DNA of 64,000 nt from Malacoraja senta (lineage: Eukaryota), in NCBI GenBank assembly GCA_038087875.1, contig CM076002.1, forward strand, positions 558,001 to 622,000, read 5' to 3'. The notes under the pieces are model-generated. The model was not told the origin of the DNA and did no database searches. It saw only the letters and a list, made by a program, of their open reading frames with translations. Position 1 is the first letter of the stretch. Every line of letters starts with the position of its first letter. Positions 1 to 11,637 of this stretch are shown here, piece after piece. Position numbers and translations under genes: made by a program.

Positions 1-2489
1 CAATCTACATATAGATTGGGTGAATCAAATTGGCAGGGGTGCTGAGGAAGAGGATTTCTTGGAATGTATGCGGGATAGTTATCTAAACCAACATGTAGAG
101 GAACCAACGAGAGAGCAGGCTATTCTAGACTGGGTATTGAGTAATGAGCAAGGGTTAGTTAGCAGTCTTGTTGTGCGTGCCCCCTTGGGCAAGAGTGACC
201 ATAATATGGTTGAGTTCTTCATTAGGATGGAGAGTGACATTGTTAATTCAGAAACAACGGTTCTGAACTTAAAGAAAGGTAACTTTGAGGGTATGAGACG
301 TGAATTGGCCAAGATTGACTGGCAATTAGTTCTAAAAGGGTTGACGGTGGATATGTAATGGTAGGCATTTAAAGACTGCATGGATGAACTACAAAAATTG
401 TTCATCCGAGTTTGGCAAAAGAATAAATCAGGGAAGGTAGTGCATCCGTGGATAACAAGGGAAATCAGGGATGGTATCAAAGCAAAAGATGATGCGTACA
501 AATTAGCCAGAAAAAGCAGCATACCAGAGGACTGGGAGAAATTCAGAGACCAGCAGAGGAGGACAAAGGGCTTAATTAGGAAAGGGAAAATAGATTATGA
601 AAGAAAACTGACAGGGAACATAAAAACTGACTGCAAAAGTTTTTATAGATATGTGAAGAGAAAGAGATTAGTTAAAACAAATGTAGGTCCCTTGCAGTCA
701 GAAACAGGTGAATTGATCATGGGGAACAAGGATATGGCGGACCAATTGAATAACTACTTTGGTTCCGTCTTCACTAAGGAAGACATAAATAATCTGCCGG
801 AAATAGCAGGGGACCGCGGGTCAAAGGAGATGGAGGAACTGAGTGAAATCCAGGTTAGTCGGGAAGTGGTGTTGGGTAAATTGAATGGATTAAAGGCCGA
901 TAAATCACCAGGGCCAGATAGGCTGCATCCCAGAGTACTTAAGGAAGTAGCTCCAGAAATAGTGGATGCATTAGTGATAATTTTTCAAAACTCTTTAGAT
1001 TCTGGAGTAGTTCCTGAGGATTGGAGGGTAGCAAACGTAACCCCACTTTTTAAGAAGGGAGGGAGAGAGAAAACGGGAAATTACAGACCAGTTAGTCTAA
1101 CATCGGTAGTGGGGAAACTGCTGGAGTCAGTTATTAAAGATGGGATAGCAGCACATTTGGAAAGTGTTGAAATCATTGGACAAAGTCAGCATGGATTTAC
1201 GAAAGGTAAATCATGTCTGACGAATCTTATAGAATTTTTCGAGGATGTAACTAGTAGAGTGGATAGGGGAGAACCAGTGGATGTGTTGTATCTGGACTTT
1301 CAGAAGGCTTTTGACAAGGTCCCACATAAGAGATTAGTATACAAACTTAAAGCACACGGTATTGGGGGTTCAGTATTGATGTGGATAGAGAACTGGCTGG
1401 CAAACAGGAAGCAAAGAGTAGGAGTAAACGGGTCCTTTTCACAATGGCAGGCAGTGACTAGTGGGGTACCGCAAGGCTCAGTGCTGGGACCCCAGCTATT
1501 TACAATTTATATTAATGAACTGGATGAGGGAATTGAAGGCAACATCTCCAAGTTTGTGGATGACACTAAGCTGGGGGGCAGTGTTAGCTGTGAGGAGGAT
1601 GCTAGGAGACTGCAAGGTGACTTGGATAGGCTGGGTGAGTGGGCAAATGTTTGGCAGATGCAGTATAATGTGGACAAATGTGAGGTTATCCACTTTGGAG
1701 GCAAAAACAGGAAAGTAGACTATTATCTAAATGGTGGCCGATTAGGAAAAGGGGAGATGCAGCGAGACCTGGGTGTCATGGTACACCAGTCATTGAAAGT
1801 AGGCATGCAGGTGCAGCAGGCAGTGAAGAAAGCGAATGGTATGTTAGCTTTCATAGCAAAAGGATTTGAGTATAGGAGCAGGGAGGTTCTACTGCAGTTG
1901 TACAGGGTCTTGGTGAGACCACACCTGGAGTATTGCGTACATTTTTGGTCTCCAAATCTGAGGAAGGACATTATAGCCATAGAGGGAGTGCAGAGAAGGT
2001 TCACCAGACTGATTCCTGGGATGTCAGGACTTTCATATGAAGAAAGACTGGATAGACTTGGCTTATACTCGCTAGAATTTAGGAGATTGAGAGGGGATCT
2101 TATAGAAACGTACAAAATTCTTATGGGGTTGGACAGGCTAGATGCAGGAAGATTGTTCCCAATGTTGGGGAAGTCCAGGACAAGGGGTCACAGCTTAAGG
2201 ATAAGGGGGAAATCCTTTAAGACCGAGATGAGAAAAAACGTTTTCACACAGAGAGTGGTGAATCTCTGGAACTCTCTGCCACAGAGGGTAGTTGAGGCCA
2301 GTTCATTGGCTATATTTAAGAGGGAGTTAGATGTGGCCCTTGTGGCTAAAGGGATCAGGGGGTATGGAGAGAAGGCAGGTACGGGATACTGAGTTTGATG
2401 ATCAGCCATGATCATATTGAATGGCGGTGCAGGCTCGAAGGGCCGAATGGCCTACTCCTGCACCTATTTTCTATGTATCTATGTATCTA
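1..2489 (+). mobile_element. CR1 LINE, young family (ORF2 part + 3' UTR), runs off the window start
   Basis: APE endonuclease C-terminal motifs (ILDWVLSN, GKSDHN), RT motifs ([19 protein letters not shown]) and a (CTATGTAT)n 3' tail at about 2471-2489. An in-frame TAA at 356-358 splits ORF2. Confidence 0.95.
380..2392 (+). pseudogene. CR1 ORF2 reverse transcriptase portion (670 aa), separated from the endonuclease part by a premature stop
   Basis: ORF track. [22 protein letters not shown] and GVPQGS motifs; FVDD where sister copies have FADD. Confidence 0.9.
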
Positions 2490-3165
2490 AGAATGCAGGT
2501 ACAGCAGGCAGTGAAGAAATGGCATGTTGGCCTTTATAACATGAGGAGTTGGGTATTGGAGCAAACAGGTCCTTCCACTGTTGTACAGGACCCTAGTGAG
2601 ACCACACCTGGGGTATTGTGTGCAGTTTTGGTCTCCAAATTTGAGGAAGGACATTCATGCTATTGAGGGAGTGCAGCGTAGGTTCACAAGGTTAATTCCT
2701 GGGATAACGGGACTGTCATGTTGAATGAATGGAGCGACTGGGCTTGCATAAAGTGGAATTTAGGATGAGAGGGTACCTTATTGAAACATATAAGATTATT
2801 AAGGGATTGGACACGCTAGAGGCAGAAAACATTCCCGATGTTGGGGGAGTTCAGAACCAGGGGCCACAGTTTAAGAATATGGGGTAGGCCATTTAGAACG
2901 GAGATGAGGAAAAATGTTTTCACCCAGAGTTGTGAATCTGTGGAATTCTCTGCCTCAGAAGGCTGTAGAGGCCAATTCTCTGGATGCTTTCAAGAGGGAG
3001 TTGGATAGAGCTCTTAAAGATAGCGGAATCAAGGGATATGGGGAGAAGGCAGTAAAGGGGTATTGATTGTGGATGATCAGCCATGATCACAGTGAATGGT
3101 GGTGCTTGCTCGAAGGGCCAAATGGCCTACTCCTGCACCTATTGTCAGTTGTTTATTGACTGTTA
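2490..3165 (+). mobile_element. 5'-truncated, decayed CR1 3' fragment
   Basis: Frameshifted RPHLxYCVQFWSP region and the CR1 3' UTR hairpin (gctcgaagggccaaatggcctactcctgcac). Confidence 0.85.
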
Positions 3166-3746
3166 GAATCATAGAGGTAAACAGCATCAAAACTAACCCT
3201 TCGGCCCATCTCGTCAATGCTGGCCAAGTTACTGAGTTAGTAACTTGGTCCCTGTCCCTCCAAACATTTCCTATCTATTTAATTGTCCAAATATTTTTAA
3301 ACATTGTCACTTTACCTGTCAGAGAAGCTAGTGGAGGCAGGTAAAATAACAAAGTTTAAAGATATTTAGACAGGTACATTGATAGGAAAGTTTGGAGAGA
3401 CATGGACCAGGCACGGGCTTCTGGGATGAACACAGTTTGCAACTTGGTCCCCATGGACGATTTGGGCTGAAGGGCCTGTTTCAATGCTGTATAGATATTT
3501 AAACATTGAAAAGCTGTATGAATATGTTACCCCTTTAAATCTTCCCTCTCTTACTTAAACCCTGTGCCCTCTAGTTTTAAACTCCCCAACACCAGGGAAA
3601 AGACTGTGACCATCCACCTTATCTTTGCCTCTCATGGTTTTATTAACTTCTGTAAAGTCACCCCTCAACCTCCAATGATCATGAAAATAATCTCCAGCCT
3701 CTTCGTGTTCCACAAATCTAAAAACCCGTACAGACAGTCACATGGT

Positions 3747-3788
3747 TTCTGTGAAAAGCCAAGGATGTGGTTGTGGTGAAACTGAAAG
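3747..3788 (+). promoter_or_regulatory. Candidate interferon-responsive promoter module: GAS + ISRE/IRF-E
   Basis: TTCTGTGAA (TTCN3GAA, 3747-3755) and GAAACTGAAAG (GAAANNGAAA, 3778-3788), 22 bp apart, in a non-repetitive island. Confidence 0.5.
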
Positions 3789-3849
3789 CACTGAAGCTCT
3801 CAGTAAAACAAGGCACAATCTGGGCATAAGTCACACTGACAACCTGAAG

Positions 3850-4046
3850 CAGCCACTCACCTGTCCGGGACAGTGAAGGAAGGAGCTGGTAATCAGTCAC
3901 TGTGTGTTTTGCTGTCTGTTGGTCTGCGTTACACTTATTCAGTGCTGTCTCTGGTGTTCAGTTCACTCACCTTCCAATGTTATTTCTGGCAGAGCATGAG
4001 CGGTGAAATAGTGTGATCGGAGCCACAGACACTACTCTCGTGAGAG
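3850..4046 (+). other. Candidate non-coding first exon (start approximate)
   Basis: Ends in a strong 5' splice donor GAG|GTAAGG (GT at 4047-4048). Lies downstream of the GAS/ISRE motifs and is followed by CpG-richer sequence. Confidence 0.35.
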
Positions 4047-4339
4047 GTAAGGCCCAGAGAGGGGACGGAGACCGGCAGCAGCTGTGGGATTGCCACGACG
4101 GAGGTATAGAAGGAGGGCCAGGTAGAGTGGGAGCGGCCGTGTTGGGAGGGATTGTGAAGTCAAACTGATGCTGCTGAGGTTTAAACCCAAACAGAAACTT
4201 ACTGAGATACGGCCACTAATGCCGAAGTGCTCACCAATTGACACTTCGCCCATTTATCTGACCATTCCATAGGACTACGCCCAGCATGGCCCCATCCATA
4301 GGTGGACAATCTATCTTCTGGCACAAAAAGATTTCTTGG

Positions 4340-5170
4340 ATACACTTTAAAACTTTACCCTCTGTAATCCTATCTCATAAAGATGATCCCACTTAATTCT
4401 GGGGAAATTCAAATCCCCTATTATTCCGATACAATTTCTCTCTGCAATTTGCCGTGATATTTGCTCCTCTATCTTCTGGCAACTGTTGGGAATCGACTCC
4501 CCTCCTTTTGTAACCTCTATCCGTATTGTTGCATTTGAAGTGTCTGCTAAATCATCCTCCCTCATTAGTGCAATGATGATGTCCTTCACAAATAATGCAA
4601 TGCTCTCTCCTCTTTTACACTGGTCATGCCATGGCTGGAACTTCTATACCTTTTAACATTGAGTTACTGGTCTTTCAACTATGTCTCAGTGATTGCAAAA
4701 ACACCACATACCCACATGCTGATCAGCGCTAAGTTCATCTGCTTTACTGGTCAGAATCTTTACAACAAAATAGATGCAATTTGACCTGCTCATCCTACCG
4801 TGTACAACATCATGCCCATGTCTGTTCTACCTAATGACTGACCTAGTGTTTCTACATTTGACTGAAACTCACCCCCAATCACACATCTAGTCTAAGTCCC
4901 AGTTCCCCCGACCAAATTAGTTTCAAACATTCCCAACAATAGGAGTAAAACTGCCAGCAAGGATATTGGACCTTGCCCCATTCAGGTGCAAACTGACCTG
5001 CTTGTACAGGCTGCACCCACTCCAGAAATGTCTATGTCCCAACATCCAAATCCCTCCCTCCCTCCCTCCTACACCATACCATCCCTTTGGCCACACATTC
5101 ATCTGGCCTATCTTTGTATTCCTATATTCAGGAGCATGTGACACCAGATTACAATCTTGAAGGTCCTGCT
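4340..5170 (-). mobile_element. Old decayed CR1 (endonuclease / ORF1-ORF2 junction region)
   Basis: IIGDLNFPRIKW endonuclease motif and LHLNGARSNILAGSF end-of-ORF1 motif on the minus strand. Confidence 0.7.
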
Positions 5171-5297
5171 CATGATTCTGCTATGTAATGCATGGAAGGA
5201 TACAAATCTAATGCGGGCAAATGGATTAGTGCATATGGGCAAAGATGTATGGACATGGTGGGCCAAATGGCCTGCTTAGAGTCATATAGCACAGTAA

Positions 5298-5412
5298 CAG
5301 ACCCTTCAGGCAAGTCTGAGGAAGGGTCTTGACCCGAAACATCACCCATTCCTTCTCTCCAAAGATGCTGCATGTCCCACTGACTTACTCCACCTTTTTG
5401 GGTCTATCTTCT
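5298..5412 (+). mobile_element. Penelope-like element terminal fragment with a degenerate minimal hammerhead core
   Basis: CTGAGGA-A-GGGTC-TT-GACCC-GAAAC-ATC at 5316-5343, preceded by an inverted partial copy (agacccttc). Confidence 0.6.
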
Positions 5413-6315
5413 GCCTAATATGTCCATATTGACCAAGATACCAACCATCTAAGCGAGGCCCATTTTCTCACGTTTGGCTCATATCCCTTTAAACCTTGTC
5501 TAAATGTAACTGTCCAAAAGTCTTTTAAATATTGTTATAGTACTTGCCTTAACTAATTCCATATTCTCACTGTCCCCTGAATGGAAAGTTGTCCATCAGG
5601 CTCCTATTAAATCTTTCCCCTTTCACCTGAAACCTAAGAACTCTGGTTCTTGATTCCTTTACCCTGGGTAAAGACTCAGTGCATTCACACTATCCCCTCA
5701 TAATTATATATACCTCTATAAGATCACACCTCAGCCTCCTGCACTGCAAGGAATAGCACCTTTTCTGTTTGCCACCACTCTGTGTAATTGACAATTTCAT
5801 CCTGTTGATCCCTTATTTACATGTCATTAGTAGTGACGTGTATTACAACCACTGACTGCTTATCCCCGCTGATGAGAATGTACTGCAACCGCTTTGAGAT
5901 TTCCATGTACCTGGCACCAGGAGGACAACACAGAATTCAAGGGCCTTGTTCACCCAACTGCTTCCTTTACAATTGAGCCCCTATTTACTGCAGCTCTGCT
6001 GATCTTTGTCCTCGCTCATTGTGCAGCTGAGCTAGTCTCAGTGCCACAAACATGCCCGTTTCTTTCCATCCCAAAGAGGCTGCCCCCAAACGTATCCAAC
6101 ATGGTCTACCTGTTTAACAGAGGGACGGCCACAGGGGTCTCCTGCCCTGTGCCCACTGATCCCTGGTGAGCACCCACTGCATTTCTACCCAATGTTTACA
6201 GGGTGACCAGCTCACTCTACATGCCATCCACAATGTCCTCAGCACCATGGATGATCCTTAGTGAGACCATCTTCAGCTCTAGATGTACAGTCAGGAGCTG
6301 AAGCAGGACACACAA

Positions 6316-6720
6316 ATCACAATTGGATTGATTTTTGTGAAGACGTGACTAAAAAGGTCGATGAGGTCAAGCTGTAGATGTTGTGTACATGCATTTCAGT
6401 TAAGCAATCGACAAGGTTCCACATGATAGACTGCTCTGGATGGTTAGATTGCATGAGATCCAAAGAGAGATAGATGAATGGATAGCAAATTGGCTCCATG
6501 GAAGGAAGCAGAGGGTGATGGTGGAAGATTGCTTCTCGGACTGGATGCCTGTGACTCGTGGTGTACCTCAGGGTTCGCTGCTGGGCCCATTACTGTTTGT
6601 CATTTACATCAATGATTTGGATGAGAACATACAGGGTAAGATTAGCAAGTTTGCTTATGATACAAAAGATAGTGTTTTTTCAGGCAGTGAAGATGGATGT
6701 GAAAAATTGCAGCAGGATCT
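6316..6720 (+). mobile_element. CR1 RT fragment (older family)
   Basis: RKQRVMVE, GVPQGSLLGPLLFVIYINDLD, KFAYDTK. Confidence 0.85.
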
Positions 6721-8670
6721 TATAGACAATATACAATAGACAATAGGTGCAGGAGTAGGCCATTCGGCCCTTCGAGCCAGCTCCGCCATTCAATGTGATC
6801 ATGGCTGATCATCCCCAATCAGTACCCCGTTCCTGCCTGTGGCCCCTGGTTCTGGACACCCCCAACATCGGGAACATGTTTCCTGCCTCTAGCGTGTCCA
6901 AACCCTTAACAATCTTATATGTTTCAATAAGGTTCCCTCTCCTCCTTCTAAACTCCAGTGTACAAGCCCAGCCGCTCCAATCTCTCAGCATATGACAGTC
7001 CCGCCATCCCGAGAATTAACCTTGTAAAGCTACGCTGCACTCCCTCAATAGCAAGAATGTCCTTCCTCAAATTAGGGGACCAAAACTGCACACAATACTC
7101 CAGGTGTGGTCTCACTAGGGCTCTGTACAACTGCAGAAGGACCTCTTTGCTCCTATATTCGATTCCTCTTGTTATAAAGGCCAACATGCCATTCACTTTC
7201 TTCACTGCCTGCTGTACCTGCATGCTTACTTTCATAGACCGATGTACAAGGACCCCCAGCTCCCGTTGTACTTCCCCTTTTCCCAACTTGACGCCATTTA
7301 GATAGTAATCTGCCTTCCTGTTTTTGATACCAAAATAGATAAAATCACATTTATCCACATTAAACTTCATCTTCCATGCATCTGCCCATCTCCCCCAACC
7401 TGTCCAAGTTACCCTGCATTCTCATAGCATCCTCCTCACAGTTCACACTGCCACCCAGCTTTGTGTCATCTGCAAATTTGCTAATGTTACTTTGCATCCC
7501 TTCATCCAAATCATTGATGCATATTGTAAATAGCTGCGGTCCCAGCACCGAGCCTTGCGGCACCCCACTAGTCACTGCCTGCCATTCTGAAAGGGACCCG
7601 TTAATCCCTACTCTTTGTTTCCTGTCTGCCAACCAATTTTCTATCCATGTCAGCACTCTACCCCCAATACCATGTGCTCTAATTTTGCCCACTAATCTCC
7701 TATGTGGGACCTTATCAAATGCTTTCTGAAAGTCCAGGGACACTACATCCACTGACTCTCCCTTGTCCATTTTCCTTGTTACTTCCTCATAAAATTCCAG
7801 TCAATTAGTCAAGCATGATTTCCCCTTCATAAATCCATGCTGACTCGGACCGATCATGTTACTGCCATCCAAACGTGTGGCTATTTCAGCTTTTATAATT
7901 TTTACTCCAGCATCTTCCCCACCACCGACGTCAGGCTAAACGGTCCATAATTCCCTGTTTTTACTCTTCCGCCTTTCCTAAAAAGTGGGATAACATTAGC
8001 TACCCTCCAGTCCTCAGGAACAGATCTTGATCCTGATAGAACATTGGAAATTTATCAACAATGCATCCACAATTTCGAGAGCCACTTCCTTAACTACACT
8101 GGGATATAGACCATCAGGCCCTGGGGATTTATCAGCCTTCAGTCCCATCAGTCTATCCAACACCATTTCCTGCCTAATGTGGATTTCCTTCAGTTCCTCC
8201 GTCACCCCAGATCCTCTGGCCACTACTATATCAGGAAGATTGTTTGTGCCTTCCTTAGTGAAGACAGATCCAAAGTACCTGTTCAACTCATCTGCCATTT
8301 CCTTGTTCCCCATAATAAATTCACCTTTTCTGGTCTTCAAGGGTCCAACTTTGGTCTTAACTAATTTTTTCCTCTTCACATACCTAAAGAAGCTTTTACT
8401 ATCCTCCTTTATATTCTTGGCTAGCTCACCTTCGTACCTCATCTTTTCTCCCTGTATTGTCTTTTTAGTTTTCTCCTGTTGCTCTTTAAACATTACCCAA
8501 TCCTCTTGCTTCCCACTCATCTTTGCTACATTGTTCTTCTTCTCTTTTATTTTTATACTGTCCCTGACGTTCCTTGTCATCCACGGTTGCCCCTTACTCC
8601 CCTTGGAATCTTTCTTCCTCCTAGGAATGAACTGATCCTTCACCTTCTGTATTATTCCTAGAAACGCCTG
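6721..8670 (-). mobile_element. 5'-truncated, frameshifted CR1
   Basis: ORFs 8014-8784, 7360-7770, 6948-7370 and 6809-6991 are consecutive ORF2 pieces; (atagacaa)n-type tail at 6721. Confidence 0.9.
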
Positions 8671-8853
8671 CAATAGGTAGCAAGGTGAAAAGTAAAAGTG
8701 GCAGGCAGACAAATCCAGGGCAAAAATCAAAAATGGCCACTTTTCAACATAATTGTATAAGGGATAAGAGTGTTGTAAAAACAAGCCTGAAGGCTTTGTG
8801 TCTCAATGCAAGGAGCATTCGTAATAAGGTGGATGAGTTGAATGCAGATAGTT
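8671..8853 (+). mobile_element. Short CR1 piece covering the start of ORF2 endonuclease
   Basis: KSKSGRQTNP...LKALCLNARSIRNKVDEL matches the ORF at 59636-61483. Confidence 0.85.
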
Positions 8854-11637
8854 ACATAGATACATAGATACATAGAAAATAGGTGCAGGAGTAGGCCATT
8901 CGGCCCTTCGAGCCTGCACCGCCATTCAATATGATCATGGCTGATCATCCAACTCAGTATCCCGTACCTGCCTTCTCTCCATACCCCCTGATCCCTTTAG
9001 CCACAAGGGCCACATCTAACTCCCTCTTAAATATAGCCAATGAACTGGCCTCAACTACCCTCTGTGGCAGAGAGTTCCAGAGATTCACCACTCTCTGTGT
9101 GAAAAAGTTTTTTCTCATCTCGGTCTTAAAGGATTTTCCCCTTATCCTTAAGCTGTGACCCCTTGTCCTGGACTTCCCCAACATCGGGAACAATCTTCCT
9201 GCATCTAGCCTGTCCAACCCCATAAGAATTTTGTACGTTTCTATAAGATCCCCTCTCAATCTCCTAAATTCTAGCGCGTATAAGTCAAGTCTATCCAGTC
9301 TTTCGTCATATGAAAGTCCTGACATCCCAGGAATCAGTCTGGTGAACCTTCTCTGCACTCCCTCTATGGCTATAATGTCCTTCCTCAGATTTGGAGACCA
9401 AAACTGTACGCAATACTCCAGGTGTGGTCTCACCAAGACCCCGTACAACTGCAGTGGAACCTCCCTGCTCCTATACTCAAATCCTTTTGCTATGAAAGCT
9501 AACATACCATTCGCTTTCTTCACTGCCTGCTGCACCTGCATGCCTACTTTCAATGACTGGTGTACCATGACACCCAGGTCTCGCTGCATCTCCCCTTTTC
9601 CTAATCGGCCACCATTTAGATAATAGTCTGCTTTCCTGTTTTTGCCACCAAAGTGGATAACCTCACATTTATCCACATTATACTGCATCTGCCAAACATT
9701 TGCCCACTCACCCAGCCTATCCAAGTCACCTTGCAGTCTCCTAGTATCCTCCTCACAGATAACACTGCCCCCCAGCTTAGTGTCATCCGCAAACTTGGAG
9801 ATGTTGCCTTCAATTCCCTCATCCAGTTCATTAATATAAATTGTAAATAGCTGGGGTCCCAGCACTGAGCCTTGCAGTACCCCACTAGTCACTGCCTGCC
9901 ATTGTGAAAAGGACCCGTTTACTCCTACACTTTGCTTCCTGTTTGCCAGCCAGTTCTCTATCCACATCAATACTGAACCCCCAATACCGTGTGCTTTAAG
10001 TTTGTATACTAATCTCTTATGTGGGACCTTGTCGAAAGCCTTCTGAAAGTCCAGATACAACACATCCACTGGTTCTCCCCTATCCACTCTACTAGTTACA
10101 TCCTCGAAAAATTCTATAAGATTTGTCAGACATGATTTACCTTTCGTAAATCCATGCTGACTTCGTCCAATGATTTCACCACTTTCCAAATGTGCTGCTA
10201 TCCCATCTTTAATAACTGACTCTAGCAGTTTCCCCACTACCGATGTTAGACTAACTGGTCTGTAATTCCCCGTTTTTTCTCTCCCTCCCTTCTTAAAAAG
10301 TGAGGTTACGTTTGCAACCCTCCAATCCTCAGGAACTATTACAGAATCTAAAGAGTTTTGAAAAATTATCACTAATGCATCCATATTTCTGTAGCTACTT
10401 CTTTAAGTACTCTGGGATGCAGCCTATCTGGCCCTGGTGATTTATCGGCCTTTAATCCATTCAATTTACCCAACACCACTTCCCGACTAACCTGGATTTC
10501 ACTCAGTTCCTCCATCTCCTTTGACCCGCGGTCCCCTGCTATTTCCGGCAGATTATTTATGTCTTCCTTAGTGAAGACGGAACCAAAGTAGTTATTCAAT
10601 TGGTCCGCCATAACCTTGTTCCCCATGATCAATTCACCTGTTTCTGACTGCAAGGGACCTACATTTGTTTTAACTAATCTCTTTCTCTTCACATATCTAT
10701 AAAAACTTTTGCAGTCACTTTTTATGTTCCCTGCCAGTTTTCTTTCATAATCTATTTTCCTTTTCCTAATTAAGCCCTTTGTCCTCCTCTGCTGTCTCTG
10801 AATTTCTCCCAGTCCTCTGGTATGCTGCTTTTTCTGGCTAATTTGTACGCATCATCTTTTGCTTTGATACTATCCCTGATTTCCCTTGTTATCCACGGAT
10901 GCACTACCTTCCCTGATTTATTCTTTTGCCAAACTGGGATGAACAATTTTTGTAGTTCGTCCATGCAGTCTTTAAATGCCTTCCATTGCATATCCACCGT
11001 CAACCCTTTTAGAACTAATTGCCAGTCAATCTTGGCCAATTCACGTCTCATACCCTCAAAGTTACCTTTCTTTAAGTTCAGAACCGTTGTTTCTGAATTA
11101 ACAATGTCACTCTCCATCCTAATGAAGAACTCAACCATATTATGGTCACTCTTGCCCAAGGGGGCACGCACAACAAGACTGCTAACTAACCCTTCCTCAT
11201 TACTCAATACCCAGTCTAGAATAGCCTGCTCTCTCGTTGGTTCCTCTACATGTTGGTTTAGATAACTATCCCTCATACATTCCAAGAAATCCTCTTCCTC
11301 AGCACCCCTGCCAATTTGATTCACCCAATCTATATGTAGATTGAAGTCACCCATTATAACTGTTTTGCCTTTGTTGCACGCATTTCTAATTTCCTGTTTG
11401 ATGCCATCCCCAACTTCACTACTACTGCTAGGTGGCCTGTACACAACACCCACCAGCGCTTTCTGCCCCTTAGTGTTTCGCAGCTCTACCCATACCGATT
11501 CCACATCCTCCAAGCTAATGCCCTTCCTTTCCACTGCGTTAATCTCCTCTCTAACCAGCAACGCTACCCCACCACCTTTCCTTTCTCTCTATCCCTCCTG
11601 AATATTGAATATCCCTGGATGTTCAGCTCCCAGCCTT
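8854..11637 (-). mobile_element. Young CR1 copy, 5'-truncated within the endonuclease, ORF2 frameshifted
   Basis: ORFs 10770-11561, 10372-10692 and 8954-10384 are nearly identical to the copy at 1-2489; same (CTATGTAT)n tail at about 8853-8875. Confidence 0.95.

Noticed and set aside
8671..11637. Twin-priming 5' inversion of one CR1
   Set aside because: The inverted piece lies next to the 3' tail rather than at the 5' end, which does not fit twin priming.
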